From Octopus sinensis (Eukaryota): a stretch of 64,000 nucleotides of DNA. Below are positions 1-12,310 of the stretch, in pieces. Numbering within the stretch: the stretch's first letter is position 1; the number at the start of each line of letters is the position of its first letter. A program made the translations under genes and the position numbers. The notes below the pieces were generated by a model. It searched no databases. It saw nothing but the letters and a program-made list of their open reading frames with translations, and was not told where the DNA came from. Where the stretch lies: the NCBI RefSeq assembly GCF_006345805.1, contig NC_043008.1:40610001-40674000 (forward strand), in the 5' to 3' direction.

Positions 1-544
1 GCATTTTGCAACAAGACTGAACCTGACGGAGAACAAAAGTAATAAGAACATAAACCAGGAAGCATTATCGAAAATTATAATGGAAATGTTTTGGGGACTC
101 TGTTATTCAGTATGACCATGAGAAAGAGAATAGAAAATTAGATATATTGATAACTCTGGTGGATCATAGATATAGCATGTCCTGCTGATAACAAAGTATG
201 CAATAAAGAAAGAAAAGAATCGATAGACATGCCAAATTAACTTGCGAGGTTAAATAGTTGCGCTCACAGAAAAAGATGTAAGTAATAACACAAATTGTTG
301 GAGCTTCAGGAATAGTAAATAAAGGTCTTGAAAATGCATTGTACGAATAATAGGCACACATGAGAAACACTACAGAGAGCAGTACTGCTTGGAAAAGCGC
401 AATGGGTGTTACCTCACTTCTCGAGTAATGAACTGGTGGCAAAAGACACAGAATACACACTTTTAATTATATTATCAATAGCTGAAATATTAATAAAAAA
501 AATTACTTGAACAAAGAAATGCTATGAAAGCGACGAATATTCTT

Positions 545-753
545 TTTTGCTCTAGGCACAAGTCCCGGAATTTTGGAGAGTGGGGACATTCAATTAGATC
601 GACCGCAGTACGCAACTTGTACTTAATTCATTAACCCCGAAACGATGAAAGGCTAAGTCGACCTCGGGGCAATTTTAACTCAGAACATAAAGACACGAAT
701 TATTGCTAAGCATTTCGCCCAGCGTGGTAACGTCTCTGCCAGTTCGATGCCTT
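545..753 (-). mobile_element. tRNA-derived SINE, family A (head GGCGGCGAGCTGGCAGAA-type), diverged
   Basis: Contains GATCGACCGCAGTACGCAACTTGTACTTAATTC, AAAGGCTAAGTCGACCTCGG and AACTCAGAAC, which are shared with copies at 26558-27018 and 34447-34645. On the minus strand the head has A/B-box-like motifs. Confidence 0.8.
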
Positions 754-2429
754 AAAGACGACGAATATTATGAAAGTAAAAATCCACATACCATCGTAGG
801 TTGGAACAGCTACACTCAGTTATATATAGTTAGTTAATGAAAGAGAAAATAGACACAGTTATTAGTTATACAGCGCTAAATGTTGAATTTTATGATCTAG
901 TTATAAATGCAGATTAGTGTTCGAAATATTTCAGTAGGGAGATGTCATAATACGTTAAGGAATGATATTTGTAATCAGATTAATGGTAACATAATTAACA
1001 ATGGATAAAGCGACAGAACTAATAGCGACAATGTTAATGGTCTCGCATTAAGGAACAGTAGCGGCAATACGAGAGGTAATAACAGGTGTAGCTCTGCAAT
1101 CTCAACGAATGTTTCCGTAACGTACAGTGAATTACAATTAACTACTTACCTGGTAAACAAACACTGCAGCCGTAAAAAACAAGAGGTATTGAAACTAACT
1201 ATACAGTCTGCACGTATAGTAATTTCGACATACGCTAAGAGGAATCGATATTGTATAAACCCAAGGAAACACACGCAGTATGACTTTCAGTAGAAAATTC
1301 TGGTGAGAGATGAATAACTCCCGAGAAAGAGAACACTAATAATAGTGTTATTAGTGATGCAACATAAATTCTCATCACAAAAATGCAATCCCTCAAGAGG
1401 ATTTGCGGTTTAGTGACTATACACAAACAACAGATATAGAATACCGTCGTGAAACTAGGGCTATTCAGGTTTTTCAATGTATAGTGATTCAGTACAATCT
1501 GCTGCCTGCTAGTTTCTCCATTCCGATATATTCTTAACTCTGTTACTAAACGGAATGCAACGAAATACTTGTTCCCCTTTCCTCCCTTGTTTGTTTCATA
1601 CATCGATTTTCGTTTCATATATTATATACCAGTCATATAATTTGGTTCATTCAAAATAATAAGTAGAAATCTTAATTCAACCGAATATGCACAGATTTCT
1701 AGTTTATACCAACGCTTAAAGTAGCAACTGCAGACATATAATTTATAATATATAAAATTTACATAGGCGCCAGAAGGCTGAGATTTTAACATCCGTATCC
1801 TATATATTGTTTAACAATGATTATTATGATAATGAAAATCTATGTAATTCTAAAACGAAATTAAGAATTAACAGCATTTTAATCAAATATGCTGCAGCTT
1901 TGATTATTTACCAGAGGTTTCAAAAACATAAAATTAAAGAAAGTACCATACTTGCAAAATGAATTTAACACATTTATGAAATTTCATATATTTATAAGTT
2001 ATGTATTTATTATTCTTAATTCTAATTTTATTTGCTTTATAGAAATTTCTATCCCTTTGCACTAATGCCTTGCAGTTGTTTTCACCTGTGTTTATGATAT
2101 ATTTTAATTAAAACATTCCGACAAGAAGGGCCTCCAGCAAGCGAAATACATTTGCAGGAAGCAAGAAAAATTAATCAAAATAAGAGACAAGGGGAAACAA
2201 TAAAATTGAACAAAACTGAATGTGAAATAGAATTAACTAACTTAGTCTCGAATATTTCCTATGATTTTCAAAGCCTCGAAAATCAAATTTCCAAGAAAAT
2301 TTGCAGAATATATTGATTTCTGTCAGAGGCGAAAATTGTACAATTTATGGAGGGATGAAGAAAGAGAGGGAAAGGAGAATAAAACACCATTTAACTTTTA
2401 CTCTTAAGTATTTTATAAACATACGCACA

Positions 2430-2670
<241 letters not shown>

Positions 2671-2799
2671 TATCATCAAATGAAGGAGTTTTATCTATAT
2701 TCGTAGCTGCAGGGAAAGCCTCATTTTAATACTTTTTACATAATATTGAACTTAATATTTTTTGCAAAACAGTACAACTAATTCAAAAATTATGACCAT

Positions 2800-2857
2800 C
2801 ATATTTATTATTATTATTAGTATTATGTTTATTATTATTATTATTATTATTATTATA

Positions 2858-2926
<69 letters not shown>

Positions 2927-2955
2927 ATTATTATCACCATCATCATCATCATCAC
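2800..2955. repeat. (ATT)n followed by (CAT)n trinucleotide repeat
   Basis: Directly visible; explains the poly-Ile ORFs. Confidence 0.97.
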
Positions 2956-3388
2956 ACTGCATATTTGTTATGATTAAACTTATTTTCGCTATTGTTATTA
3001 ATTAAAAATATTAGCCGGACCAACAGTATCAGAGGGTGCAGCATTATCAGTAGCATCAGTAGCTGTATTAGTACTAATAGTACTAGCAAGTGCAGTATTT
3101 TGTGGCAAATAAAACGCTTGCCATAAACCTATTGTAACTATGCTAAATGTTTTGTCTTTTTTTATGAATTTCGTTGCTTTCCTTTTTATGTTTAAATAAG
3201 ATATTTTAAAGTATATAATTGATACTGTGGACATGTAAAGAGAATCAACTTTACACAAGTTGTCTATGTATGTTCAAACTAAAAGGTTAATGTTAGCAAA
3301 AAATTTTAAAGATAAAAATGGCACAATAACTAATTCAAACTTAATAACGTGGTAAACCTTGGGAACTGTTGAGAGACGGAGACAAAGT

Positions 3389-3392
<4 letters not shown>

Positions 3393-3440
<48 letters not shown>
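3393..3440. repeat. (GA)n microsatellite
   Basis: Directly visible. Confidence 0.95.
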
Positions 3441-3443
<3 letters not shown>

Positions 3444-3639
3444 TGAGTCGACCAAAGACATTTAGAAATTGTCAACTTTCCAAGATCATTTATTGAATAA
3501 AATTCCGTATGGTATTGTTTCCACAGGGTGGGAATATTTTAATTGATGCAAAAAGATAACAGTAATCTAAACGTTTGGGCATTATAAGGGCACTGCATTC
3601 CATTTAACAGGGTCAACTTTCTCGATCGTGATCTCTGAA

Positions 3640-4330
3640 AATTAATGAGACACATCTCCATTGAACCTCAGGTATCGGAGTCGACCGTGAGAAATATGGT
3701 TGATGAGTACATTTAAAAGAAGCCCTATATACAGGTGAGAGGCCAGTTTGTGTCACAAAAGACACAAACCTTTTAATACATAGCAAATGGTTAATTCAAT
3801 AGGGATGCAAACCTTTATGAACATGGCGCGCTTTTGTTCTTCTCTAACGAGAAAACAATATCTGAATACAACAAATGGTTATGTGCTGACAATACCGATT
3901 TCTGGAGAGTAAAGTACACGAATTTCCAACCAGCTCAGTGGACTTAGGTTAGGAGAATATTTAACGTCATGTCAATGTTAACACAAATTATGCTGCAGGT
4001 CTTAGAATTGACACTCCTGGGTATGTTGACATCCTAGATATTATTGTTAATCCCTGTATTAATGAAGTGTGCAATTGGTGGACATATGTGTTTGAAGTAG
4101 ACGCATTCGATTTCTCACAAGCCTATATAATCCATGAATTGATATTAAACAATATTTAGAAGCATATAAATCCAAATTGTGGCCACCAAGCCCTATACGT
4201 TTTAATGCCAGTGACTACTATGTTTTAAGTGTCATAAAAAGGGATACCCATTGATATATTTACAAGAAAATTTCTTTGCTGAAGGCCGCAATATTCCAAT
4301 TGATATCCGAAGCGTCTAGGGCCATTTAAC
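3640..4330 (+). mobile_element. Decayed Tc1/mariner (maT/DD37D-like) transposase remnant
   Basis: Manual translation across stops and frameshifts gives VSESTVRNMVDE..RGQFVSQKT, LFFSNEK..KWLCAD, GLRIDTPGYVDILDIIVNPCINEVCN..YVFEVDA and PNLWPPSP..NASDYYVLSV. These match the maT/Tc1 motifs WFFSDEK, YVFQQDSAP and WPPNSPDLNPLDYYVWG. Confidence 0.8.
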
Positions 4331-4929
4331 GTATGCATCATAATGATTTCGGTCCCGCATTGAAGCAGTGCTTGGAGCTGAAAGCTTAGTGAATATATGG
4401 GCACATTTCTTAGTTATAAAAGATCCCTTGGCTTCTCTTAGATTAAAGATTGACTAAATTACCAGATATACCCGTAATTTCTCTTATAGACTACAGGTAC
4501 ATTTCGATTGTTGTGTACACGATTATGAATTACTATTATGAAGAAACGTCCAAAGAAATTCACTACTCAATTTGCAAAGTAAATGTTACTAGTTTGCAAA
4601 TATATATTAAGACTTCGGCTATGTAAAGCTTTTGAAACTTTTTAAGAGAGACAATTATATTTGCTCTAGATTATTTTATAGTAAATTATCACTCTACTTC
4701 TAATAAGCTGACACACCGTGTTTTGTTATTCCAAATAGACGAAGCACTTTCAACTCACCCTATGTTGATTAGTTTGTTGAATGCAATCGGGACGGTTGCA
4801 AAATCGTTATAGCATAAAGTCGTGTGCTAAGCTGGTCAAAACCAAGTACGAAATTTATGAAATTATCTCGAAAACCTATGGGATATATTTTCCGCTAGCA
4901 CAAGGGTATAAAGTGCAGCAAAGATATGA

Positions 4930-5385
4930 GAAGAGACGAAGAGATGTGTGAGAAGAAGTGTGTAAGAGCATCAGAGTTGGTTGGGAAAACTCGCCAATTT
5001 CCGGATGAGGATATTTGTGTGTATATAAAGAAAGGAAGCGTAAAGTTTGAAGTTGAAGTGACTGCTGTACAAAGAATTATTCATGCAGATCTGTACAAGC
5101 GTAAAGTTTGTTGCCCAGTTGCTCATTGACGAGAATCCTTGTAATCATGTCCTTTTAATAAATGGACATCATCACCTGCCTCACTCTCCGCACAATCCAC
5201 AACTTGCTCCCTTTGTATTTGGTGGTTATCCAAGTTCAAGAACCTCAGCGGGTAGTCGTTCTGAAGATGAAGCTGACTTTAAAGTGGTCCTTGACATCCA
5301 TATTAGAGGACTTCCATAGAGATTACACGAAATGACTGGAGTACTACATCACCTGCATTGAAGTCAGAGGTTCCTACCTGGAAAC
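4930..5385 (+). mobile_element. Internally deleted mariner transposase remnant
   Basis: AVQRIIHADLYKRKVC (HTH region); LPHSPHNPQLAP (HPPYSPDLAP motif); EDFHRDYTK*LEYYITCIEVRGSYLE (mariner C-terminus KCIE.GG.YFE). Confidence 0.8.
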
Positions 5386-6009
5386 GTATTAGAGATTTGT
5401 ACTTATTTGAATGTCATATGTGTCTTTCCTGCAAAAGTTCAAAAATGTCGCGAATGAGACTTGCATATAGTTGATAAATCAAGTCAGAAAGCGATGCTTT
5501 ACTTGATCGTACGATCTCCTGGACTTGTGAAGTGAATCCCTCCGAATCCGCTATGGTAAAAAAGCGAAGTAAGAAAATACATTAAGAAACTGAAAAATCG
5601 GAAAGGGCCCAAATAGCTCAATATTTCGCCTGGGGATTCTCAGTGAAAACTGGCTACGAACTAAAGATAAAAAAAAATCCCATTATATATTTTTTCATAA
5701 TTCGATAAAAAACGAAAATCTAACTGTTAATTTCGAATACTATCAGAACTTTTTATTTACAGCTTTTACTGCGTCTCTTGTCTGATGTGTTATAATTCAT
5801 TAAATACATACATTTTGTTATTTATCGAAAAATATATTTACGATGTGTATTTATTTAGTTATGTTGTTTACTTTCGCCAGATATTGTTATCAAACGTAAT
5901 GGGTTTATTACGTCAGAATACAAAATGACAATTAGCGACGAGACAATATTGTATTTTCATTAATGTGTGCCTATATATCTATATTTACAGGTATCTAAAC
6001 TTTCTCACA

Positions 6010-6053
6010 CACATATATATATATATATGCTTAAACATATGTACGCATATCCA

Positions 6054-6139
<86 letters not shown>

Positions 6140-6239
6140 ATGTATATGTATGTATATGTGTGTATATGTATGTATATATATCTGTATATATATATATACA
6201 TAATATAATATTACATTATATTGTATGATATATATATAT

Positions 6240-6283
<44 letters not shown>

Positions 6284-6320
6284 TTATATATATGTTTGTG
6301 TATGTGAGTGTGTGCGTGCG
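6010..6320. repeat. Compound (CA)/(TA)/(CT)/(GT) microsatellite
   Basis: Directly visible. Confidence 0.95.
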
Positions 6321-6929
6321 TAAGCTCGTGTCTGCATGTATGTTTATCGAAATTTATGTAGTAGCTGTAAGGAAAACATGAGAGACACACAGTGCAACAC
6401 TTTTAAGACAAACTAATTGGAAATAACAGAATCCAATTTTTTCTTTGTGTGTTCAACAACTAATGTAAAAATTTAGACAATTCGATAAAAACCTTGTTAA
6501 AACTGCCAAATTTGCAATCGATAATTGAGATTCAATTAATGATGTATGTGAATATGAAACTTCGTTCTCACACTTCCCTCAAAAAACTTATAGACATATT
6601 CCAAAAATCTCGCTCATTTCTACACATAACATGATGCCATTTCCATAAAACTATATCATCTTCCACGGCGCACTTTTCGGTAAAATGTGAAACGGTTCGT
6701 TCAGAGGCTTCAACATCATATTTCCTTGCCTCAGTATTATGCAACAATGTTTGTAGAGAGTTAAAAATTGGAATTATCTCATATATCTCCCAGAAAATAG
6801 ATATTTGTTATACGCATTATACGGCGTGATGTAATAGGCTAAAAATGCAACTTCTAATCAGACACATCTTGACAGCCTCTAGACAACTAACCATATACTC
6901 ATGTATGCAACCTAAACCCCCGTAATTTG

Positions 6930-6969
<40 letters not shown>

Positions 6970-7008
6970 GTGTGTGTGTGTGTGTGTGTTGTGTGTGTGT
7001 GTGTGTGT

Positions 7009-7337
7009 GGAGAGAGGCAATGACCCAGTGGTTAGGGCAGCGGACTCGCGGTCGTAGGATCGCGGCTTCGATTCCAAGACCGGGCGTTGTGAGTGTTTAT
7101 TGGGCGAAAACATCGAAAGCTCCACAAGAGAAAGTTGTGTCGAAAGAGTACAGCAGGGATCGCCACCACAACCTGCCGTACTCTTTCGACACAACTTTCT
7201 CTCACTATTTCTTCTGTTGGCCTGCTCGCTTAGCCAGCGGGTTGGCGACATTTGAAGGCTAAAACAATGCGAAACTCATTGCGACCAGTGATGTGTAGCA
7301 ACATATGATAGCCTGGTCGGTCACGTGATCACGTGAT
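7009..7337 (+). mobile_element. tRNA-derived SINE, family B (head GGAGGCGCAATGGCCCAGTGGTTAGGGCAGCGGACTC), tail type B1; carries an internal inverted duplication
   Basis: Head matches 15054 and 31132 and the minus copies ending at 11314 and 29131. Tail GGCCTGCTCGCTTAGCCAGCGG...GGTCACGTGAT matches 11015-11130 and 50628-50746. Confidence 0.9.
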
Positions 7338-7348
7338 ATATATATATT

Positions 7349-7513
7349 GGCGCAGTAGAGGTTGTGTAGTAAGAAGCTTGCTTCTCAGCCTCATGATTCC
7401 GTGTTCGGTGCCATTACCTGGCACAGTGGGCAAGTGTCTTTCACTCTCGCCTTGGGCCAACCAGAGCCTTGTCAGTGGATTAGATACACGGAAACTGAAA
7501 GAAGCCCGTCGTA
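7349..7513 (+). mobile_element. tRNA-derived SINE, family E (GGCGCAGG.GTGGCTGTGTGGTAAGAAGCTTGC head), 5' part
   Basis: GGGCAAGTGTCTT...AGCCTTGTCAGTGGATT...GGAAACTGAAAGAAGCCCGTCGTA is shared with 24641, 32175 and 49651. Confidence 0.85.
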
Positions 7514-8279
7514 CATATATATGTCCGGGTATGCACACCCTTCCTTGTTATACTAAATGTGATCTTTCTTTTACAGTTTATACTCTCAACATTTTATGAC
7601 TATAATTTTAATTTCATGTTATATCCCTCTTTTGGAATAATTAAAATTTCCTTATATATTTAGGATACGTTGTCTTTTATCTGGGTGATAACTGTATTAG
7701 AATGTTTCGTCACATAACTCTATACGTTTTTTTGGTTATATTTTTTATGGTACATTCACTAACTTTAATTTAACAAAAGTTTACAGTCTCATAGGTACAT
7801 AAGCGTCATTACGAAGGTACACTTGTACATGGATATCAATTATATATTTCATAAATATTCTTTCGGATGCATAATGTACGCGTATAATTCTACTCGACAT
7901 TTGCTGTCCATATGCATATCGTCCTTAAATGCAACGACATATATTCCTTAAAAGAAATCCTCCTTTGACTGCATTCTCTTCCCCTTCCTCATCACCACCA
8001 ACATCATCATCATCGTCAAGTTCCGTTATATGGAGCAGCAAGTTCTGAGGGTGTCACTCCAGATGCTTTTGCAGACATACGTCGCAGTATCGCTGCAACT
8101 CATTATACTTCCAAAATATACACGTACTCAAAGTAAAACACACAAGACAACATATGCGCACGCATAAACCAACGCTGAATATTTCTGGCAAGGGAGATAT
8201 ATTTTGACATGCATTCATGCATACAAAATATGCTTTATACCATGTAAGTGCTAAACACATACCTATCGGTGAATACTTC

Positions 8280-8365
8280 CATCCATTCATCCATCCATCA
8301 TCCATACACACACACATACATACATACATACATACATACATACATACATACATACATACAAACAT
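8280..8365. repeat. (CCAT)/(CATA)n tetranucleotide repeat
   Basis: Directly visible. Confidence 0.9.
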
Positions 8366-8519
8366 ACAGAAAAGATGTTGAGCTGCCAATTGTACTTTGA
8401 CGCTTAACTCCCATTTCAACCCGAATAATATTCAATATGGAATAATTTATATATGTTTATACCCCAATATAAATATATGGGTATAATATAGTAAGACATG
8501 TATATACATGGGAATTTGT

Positions 8520-8563
8520 GGATATACATATACACACACACACACACAAACACACGCACACAC

Positions 8564-8615
<52 letters not shown>

Positions 8616-8617
8616 TG

Positions 8618-8650
<33 letters not shown>

Positions 8651-8765
8651 GTGATAATCATAATAACAACAACAACAACAACAATAATAATAATTATAAT
8701 AATAATATAATAATAATAATAATAATAATAATATAATAATAATAATAACAATAATAATAATAATA
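8520..8765. repeat. (CA)n + (AAT)/(GAT)/(AAC)n compound repeat
   Basis: Directly visible. Confidence 0.97.
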
Positions 8766-9418
8766 GTGCCTTCATACATCGAGTTATATGTACGTAAAAA
8801 TATGAACAAGGATGCCTTTGAATTATACTATGTATTGTAACAAAGTTACGAATATACTTACAAAATAAGTCAAATATCTAAAACTCCTACGCATCCCTAA
8901 TAATGTTTGATGTATTTTATTTGGCTTGCACACAATGACGTCCAAAACATCTTACTGAATGCAAGATAGGAAAAATCCCCATCAAGAATATTATTCACAA
9001 CAGAACATAAATAATTACAATTAAATATAAAACATCCACCACCCACACAAACAGTAAACATACACTTCAACAATTCTACCTGATTGATCAATTGAATTTT
9101 CAATTATGCCTCCAGCTGAGAAATCATGAATATTTGAATATTCACGTTAGGAGAAAGATGAATGAATGACGGATCTAATCAGAGTAGTATTCAATATTGA
9201 TAACAAGATAATATTCATTGTGTTTTTGGCTCTGCCAATTTAATCACGTTATATTTTTTTGGTTGTCAACATATTTTGTGTGAGTGACTGTTAGTTTATT
9301 TTCTTTGTTTTTATAGTCAATTCTCTTCTCTCTCATGATATATCATTCTTTACATTGATCTTTTCCTGTATTTTATGTTTCAGCAAAATACACACACATA
9401 TCTATGTTTATATGTGGG

Positions 9419-9419
<1 letters not shown>

Positions 9420-9462
<43 letters not shown>

Positions 9463-9575
9463 CACGCATACACACACACACATATAGATTTATATGTATA
9501 TATATGTGTATATATATATATATATGTATATATATGTATATATATATATATACATACGCGTGTGCGTATATGCAA

Positions 9576-9671
<96 letters not shown>

Positions 9672-9725
9672 CACAAACGCATATATATTATATATATGTG
9701 TGTGTATATATATGAGTGTATGTAT
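9420..9725. repeat. Compound (CA)/(TA)/(GATA)n microsatellite
   Basis: Directly visible; (GATA)n at about 9607-9670. Confidence 0.97.
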
Positions 9726-9999
9726 ATAAACGTAGGCATGCATAGAAATACATAGGGCGAAAGGAAGAAATACAAAGGGTGAGGAACTATGAAATGAAAA
9801 TTCCCATATGTAAATAAATAAAGAAAACCTCCTATTTTCTCACCTTCGCAATGCAATTACACAAAGCTTCTTTCATATGATATGCACAAATTCTTGAAGC
9901 TCAACGTCTACACATATCTCAATGCGTTGTTGATATGTAATTGAAGTGTATGTATAATCATATATCTATTTCTCTATATATATGCCTATTTATTATATT

Positions 10000-10015
10000 T
10001 CTTTCTCTCTCTCTA

Positions 10016-10049
<34 letters not shown>

Positions 10050-10102
10050 TACATATATATATACACACATACATATATTACTATCATGCATATATGTGTG
10101 TA

Positions 10103-10154
<52 letters not shown>

Positions 10155-10418
10155 CATTTGAATGTGGATGTTCTGTTACAATACAAAATACAAAGTACTG
10201 TGGTAGCTACCATGAGCGGAAATTACATGTTCGCGTTGGACGAGCCGGGTGTTTTATCTCCACGGCAGAGCTATAAATTTAAGTGCATTAAAGTATCGAA
10301 AAATAGTGATAGAGTTTTATGCTATGTACCGCGATATGCCCAGTTCTAAGAGAACATCTACTCATAAGTGTGGATTATATATTACTTATTGTCATTAATA
10401 AAACCTCTGCAACTAGTG

Positions 10419-10466
<48 letters not shown>

Positions 10467-10479
10467 TGTGTGTGTGTGT

Positions 10480-10530
<51 letters not shown>
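10000..10530. repeat. Two (TA)/(GT) microsatellite clusters (10000-10150, 10425-10530)
   Basis: Directly visible. Confidence 0.9.
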
Positions 10531-10531
<1 letters not shown>

Positions 10532-10579
10532 AAGGGAACGTTTAAGAAAATAAGCAAAAGACGAAGGTAGGTGGTGTAC

Positions 10580-10830
10580 AGACAAATAAATGTATTAGTA
10601 TAGCGCTCAGGAATAGAAAAAGTCGTTTACGTTTCGAGCCTATGCTCTTCTACAGAAAGATACACAGAAAAAAACAAGGAGATAAAAAAATGGCTGTAGT
10701 AGCTAATGATATATCATGGCGTCTGACGTCGAACAGACTGGGCAGACGCGAGGGTGACAGTAGGGGAGATAACAGGGTCAAGTGACTCCCAATACGAAGG
10801 AGCCCCCAACACAAAAGGTGCGTGTGTGTA
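10580..10830 (-). mobile_element. Penelope-like element terminal (pLTR) fragment, family P1
   Basis: TATTAGTATAGCGCTCAGGAATAGAAA..TTTACGTTTCGAGCCTATGCTCTTCTACAGAAAGATACACAG is near-identical to 22434-22520 and contains a hammerhead-like motif typical of PLE termini. Confidence 0.65.
10623..10660 (-). ncRNA. Minimal type-I hammerhead ribozyme-like motif, non-canonical core CUGUAGA
   Basis: Minus strand reads UCUUU-CUGUAGA-A-GAGC AUAG GCUC-GAAA-CGUA-AACGA. Stem II has 4 bp, stem III is the palindromic ACGU, and stem I has 4 of 5 bp. Confidence 0.5.
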
Positions 10831-10888
10831 TAAGAGAGTATGAATGTATGTACTTGTTGGTGACGTCCTATACCCATATATTCATAAG

Positions 10889-10922
<34 letters not shown>

Positions 10923-11014
10923 AGAGTGTTCGTGCGTGTGTGTGTGTGTGTGTGGAGGAGCAATGGCCCATGTGTATACATGTGTATGCATATATATATA
11001 TATATAATATATAT

Positions 11015-11314
11015 ATCCTGATAACGTGACCGACCAGGTTATCATATGCTGCTATACATCCCTGGTCACAATGGTCTTCGCATTGTTTTAGCCATCAAGC
11101 GAGGCAACTCCGCTGGCTACGCGTGCAGGCCAACAGAAAACAGAGAGAAATTTGTGGCGAAAGAGTATAGCAGGAATCGCCACCCCCTGCCGGAAACGTG
11201 TGGAGCTATAGCTGTTTTCGCTCAATAAACGCTCTCAACGACCGGTCTGGGAATCGAAACCACGATCGTACGGCCGCGAGTCAGCTGCTCTAACCACTGG
11301 GCCATTGCTCCTCC
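11015..11314 (-). mobile_element. SINE family B, tail B1
   Basis: Reverse complement of the family B head (CCACTGGGCCATTGCTCCTCC) and of the B1 tail (GTGACCGACCAGG..CATTGTTTTAGCC). Confidence 0.9.
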
Positions 11315-11399
11315 ACACACACACACACACACACGCATACGCACACACACATACATACATACATACACACACACATATATATATAAATATATATACATA

Positions 11400-12087
11400 T
11401 TATATACATTATATTATTCTTGTAATTTACTTAATCTTTACTTTTTAATTATAATTTTAATTTACCCTTTTCTATTATATGTAATTTTCTAGATGGTGTA
11501 ATTTTGAATTTATAAAAGGTGGCTTTTTTCTAATATTTTATATATATTGTATTGTGTGGAATTTGATTTCGTATTTCTAAGTTGAATTCTTTTTCCTTGT
11601 AAGTTTGGATTTTTTTTCCCTCAAATAATAATTATATATATATATACTTATGCATATATGCGTATAGGACGTCACCAACAGTAAACAACATGAAATACAA
11701 AAACACATTAGTTGAATAGGCTAGAGAGAAATAACTGGAAAACAGGACAGGTAACATAAAGAACGACCTTTCATCAGCTGTCGGATGTCTATATACTACT
11801 CATTTCCAGCATTGTACAACAAAATGAGTTTTCGAAGACAGTTACTGGCATAAGTACCAGAATAAAATTTGGGTTTAGGGAGAGTCAAAGTTGAGAACAG
11901 AAATAGGACATTAGAGTCATGCATGGAAACCGAACACAAAACAAACTTGGATGGTTGTTAGACCAGTACGAGGGTAAAATTGCGAACGGTGGAGAAATAT
12001 TTTTTTTCACAAGAGAGAAGATAGAATGTGATAGGCGACGTCTTGTGCTTAGGATAGTCCTGATAGAGAAGAAATATGACTACGTGA

Positions 12088-12090
<3 letters not shown>
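11400..12090. mobile_element. Penelope-like element remnant, family P2 (non-coding terminal region)
   Basis: Similar to 52700-52980 and 53300-53505: CTCATTT.AGCATT..ACAA.A.GAGT..T..AAGACAGT, GGAAACCGAAC and AGGACGTCACCAACAG. PLE assignment rests on recalled family context. Confidence 0.5.
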
Positions 12091-12131
<41 letters not shown>

Positions 12132-12188
12132 GTTTATGTATGTATACATATAAATAATATGTATATGGATATATATATATATATATAG

Positions 12189-12244
<56 letters not shown>

Positions 12245-12310
12245 AAACATACATGCATACATTAAAATATACACACGCACACACATACACAACGCACAAA
12301 CATACATATA
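12090..12310. repeat. (TA)/(CA) compound microsatellite
   Basis: Directly visible. Confidence 0.95.

Noticed and set aside
164-1618. Two hydrophobic minus-strand ORFs (164-460, 1235-1618) and a strong donor at about 1150
   Set aside because: No recognisable GPCR or transporter motifs are present, and I could not build a consistent exon structure. Hydrophobic translation is expected from T-rich strands.
2998-3258. ORF ending in an S/T/A-rich tail
   Set aside because: The tail derives from a degenerate (AGT/AGC)-type trinucleotide tract.
6550-6820. About 80-codon open minus frame with CAVEDD..WKWHHVMC, vaguely C-type-lectin-like
   Set aside because: There is no WIGL/EPN context or closing cysteine and no convincing splice sites.
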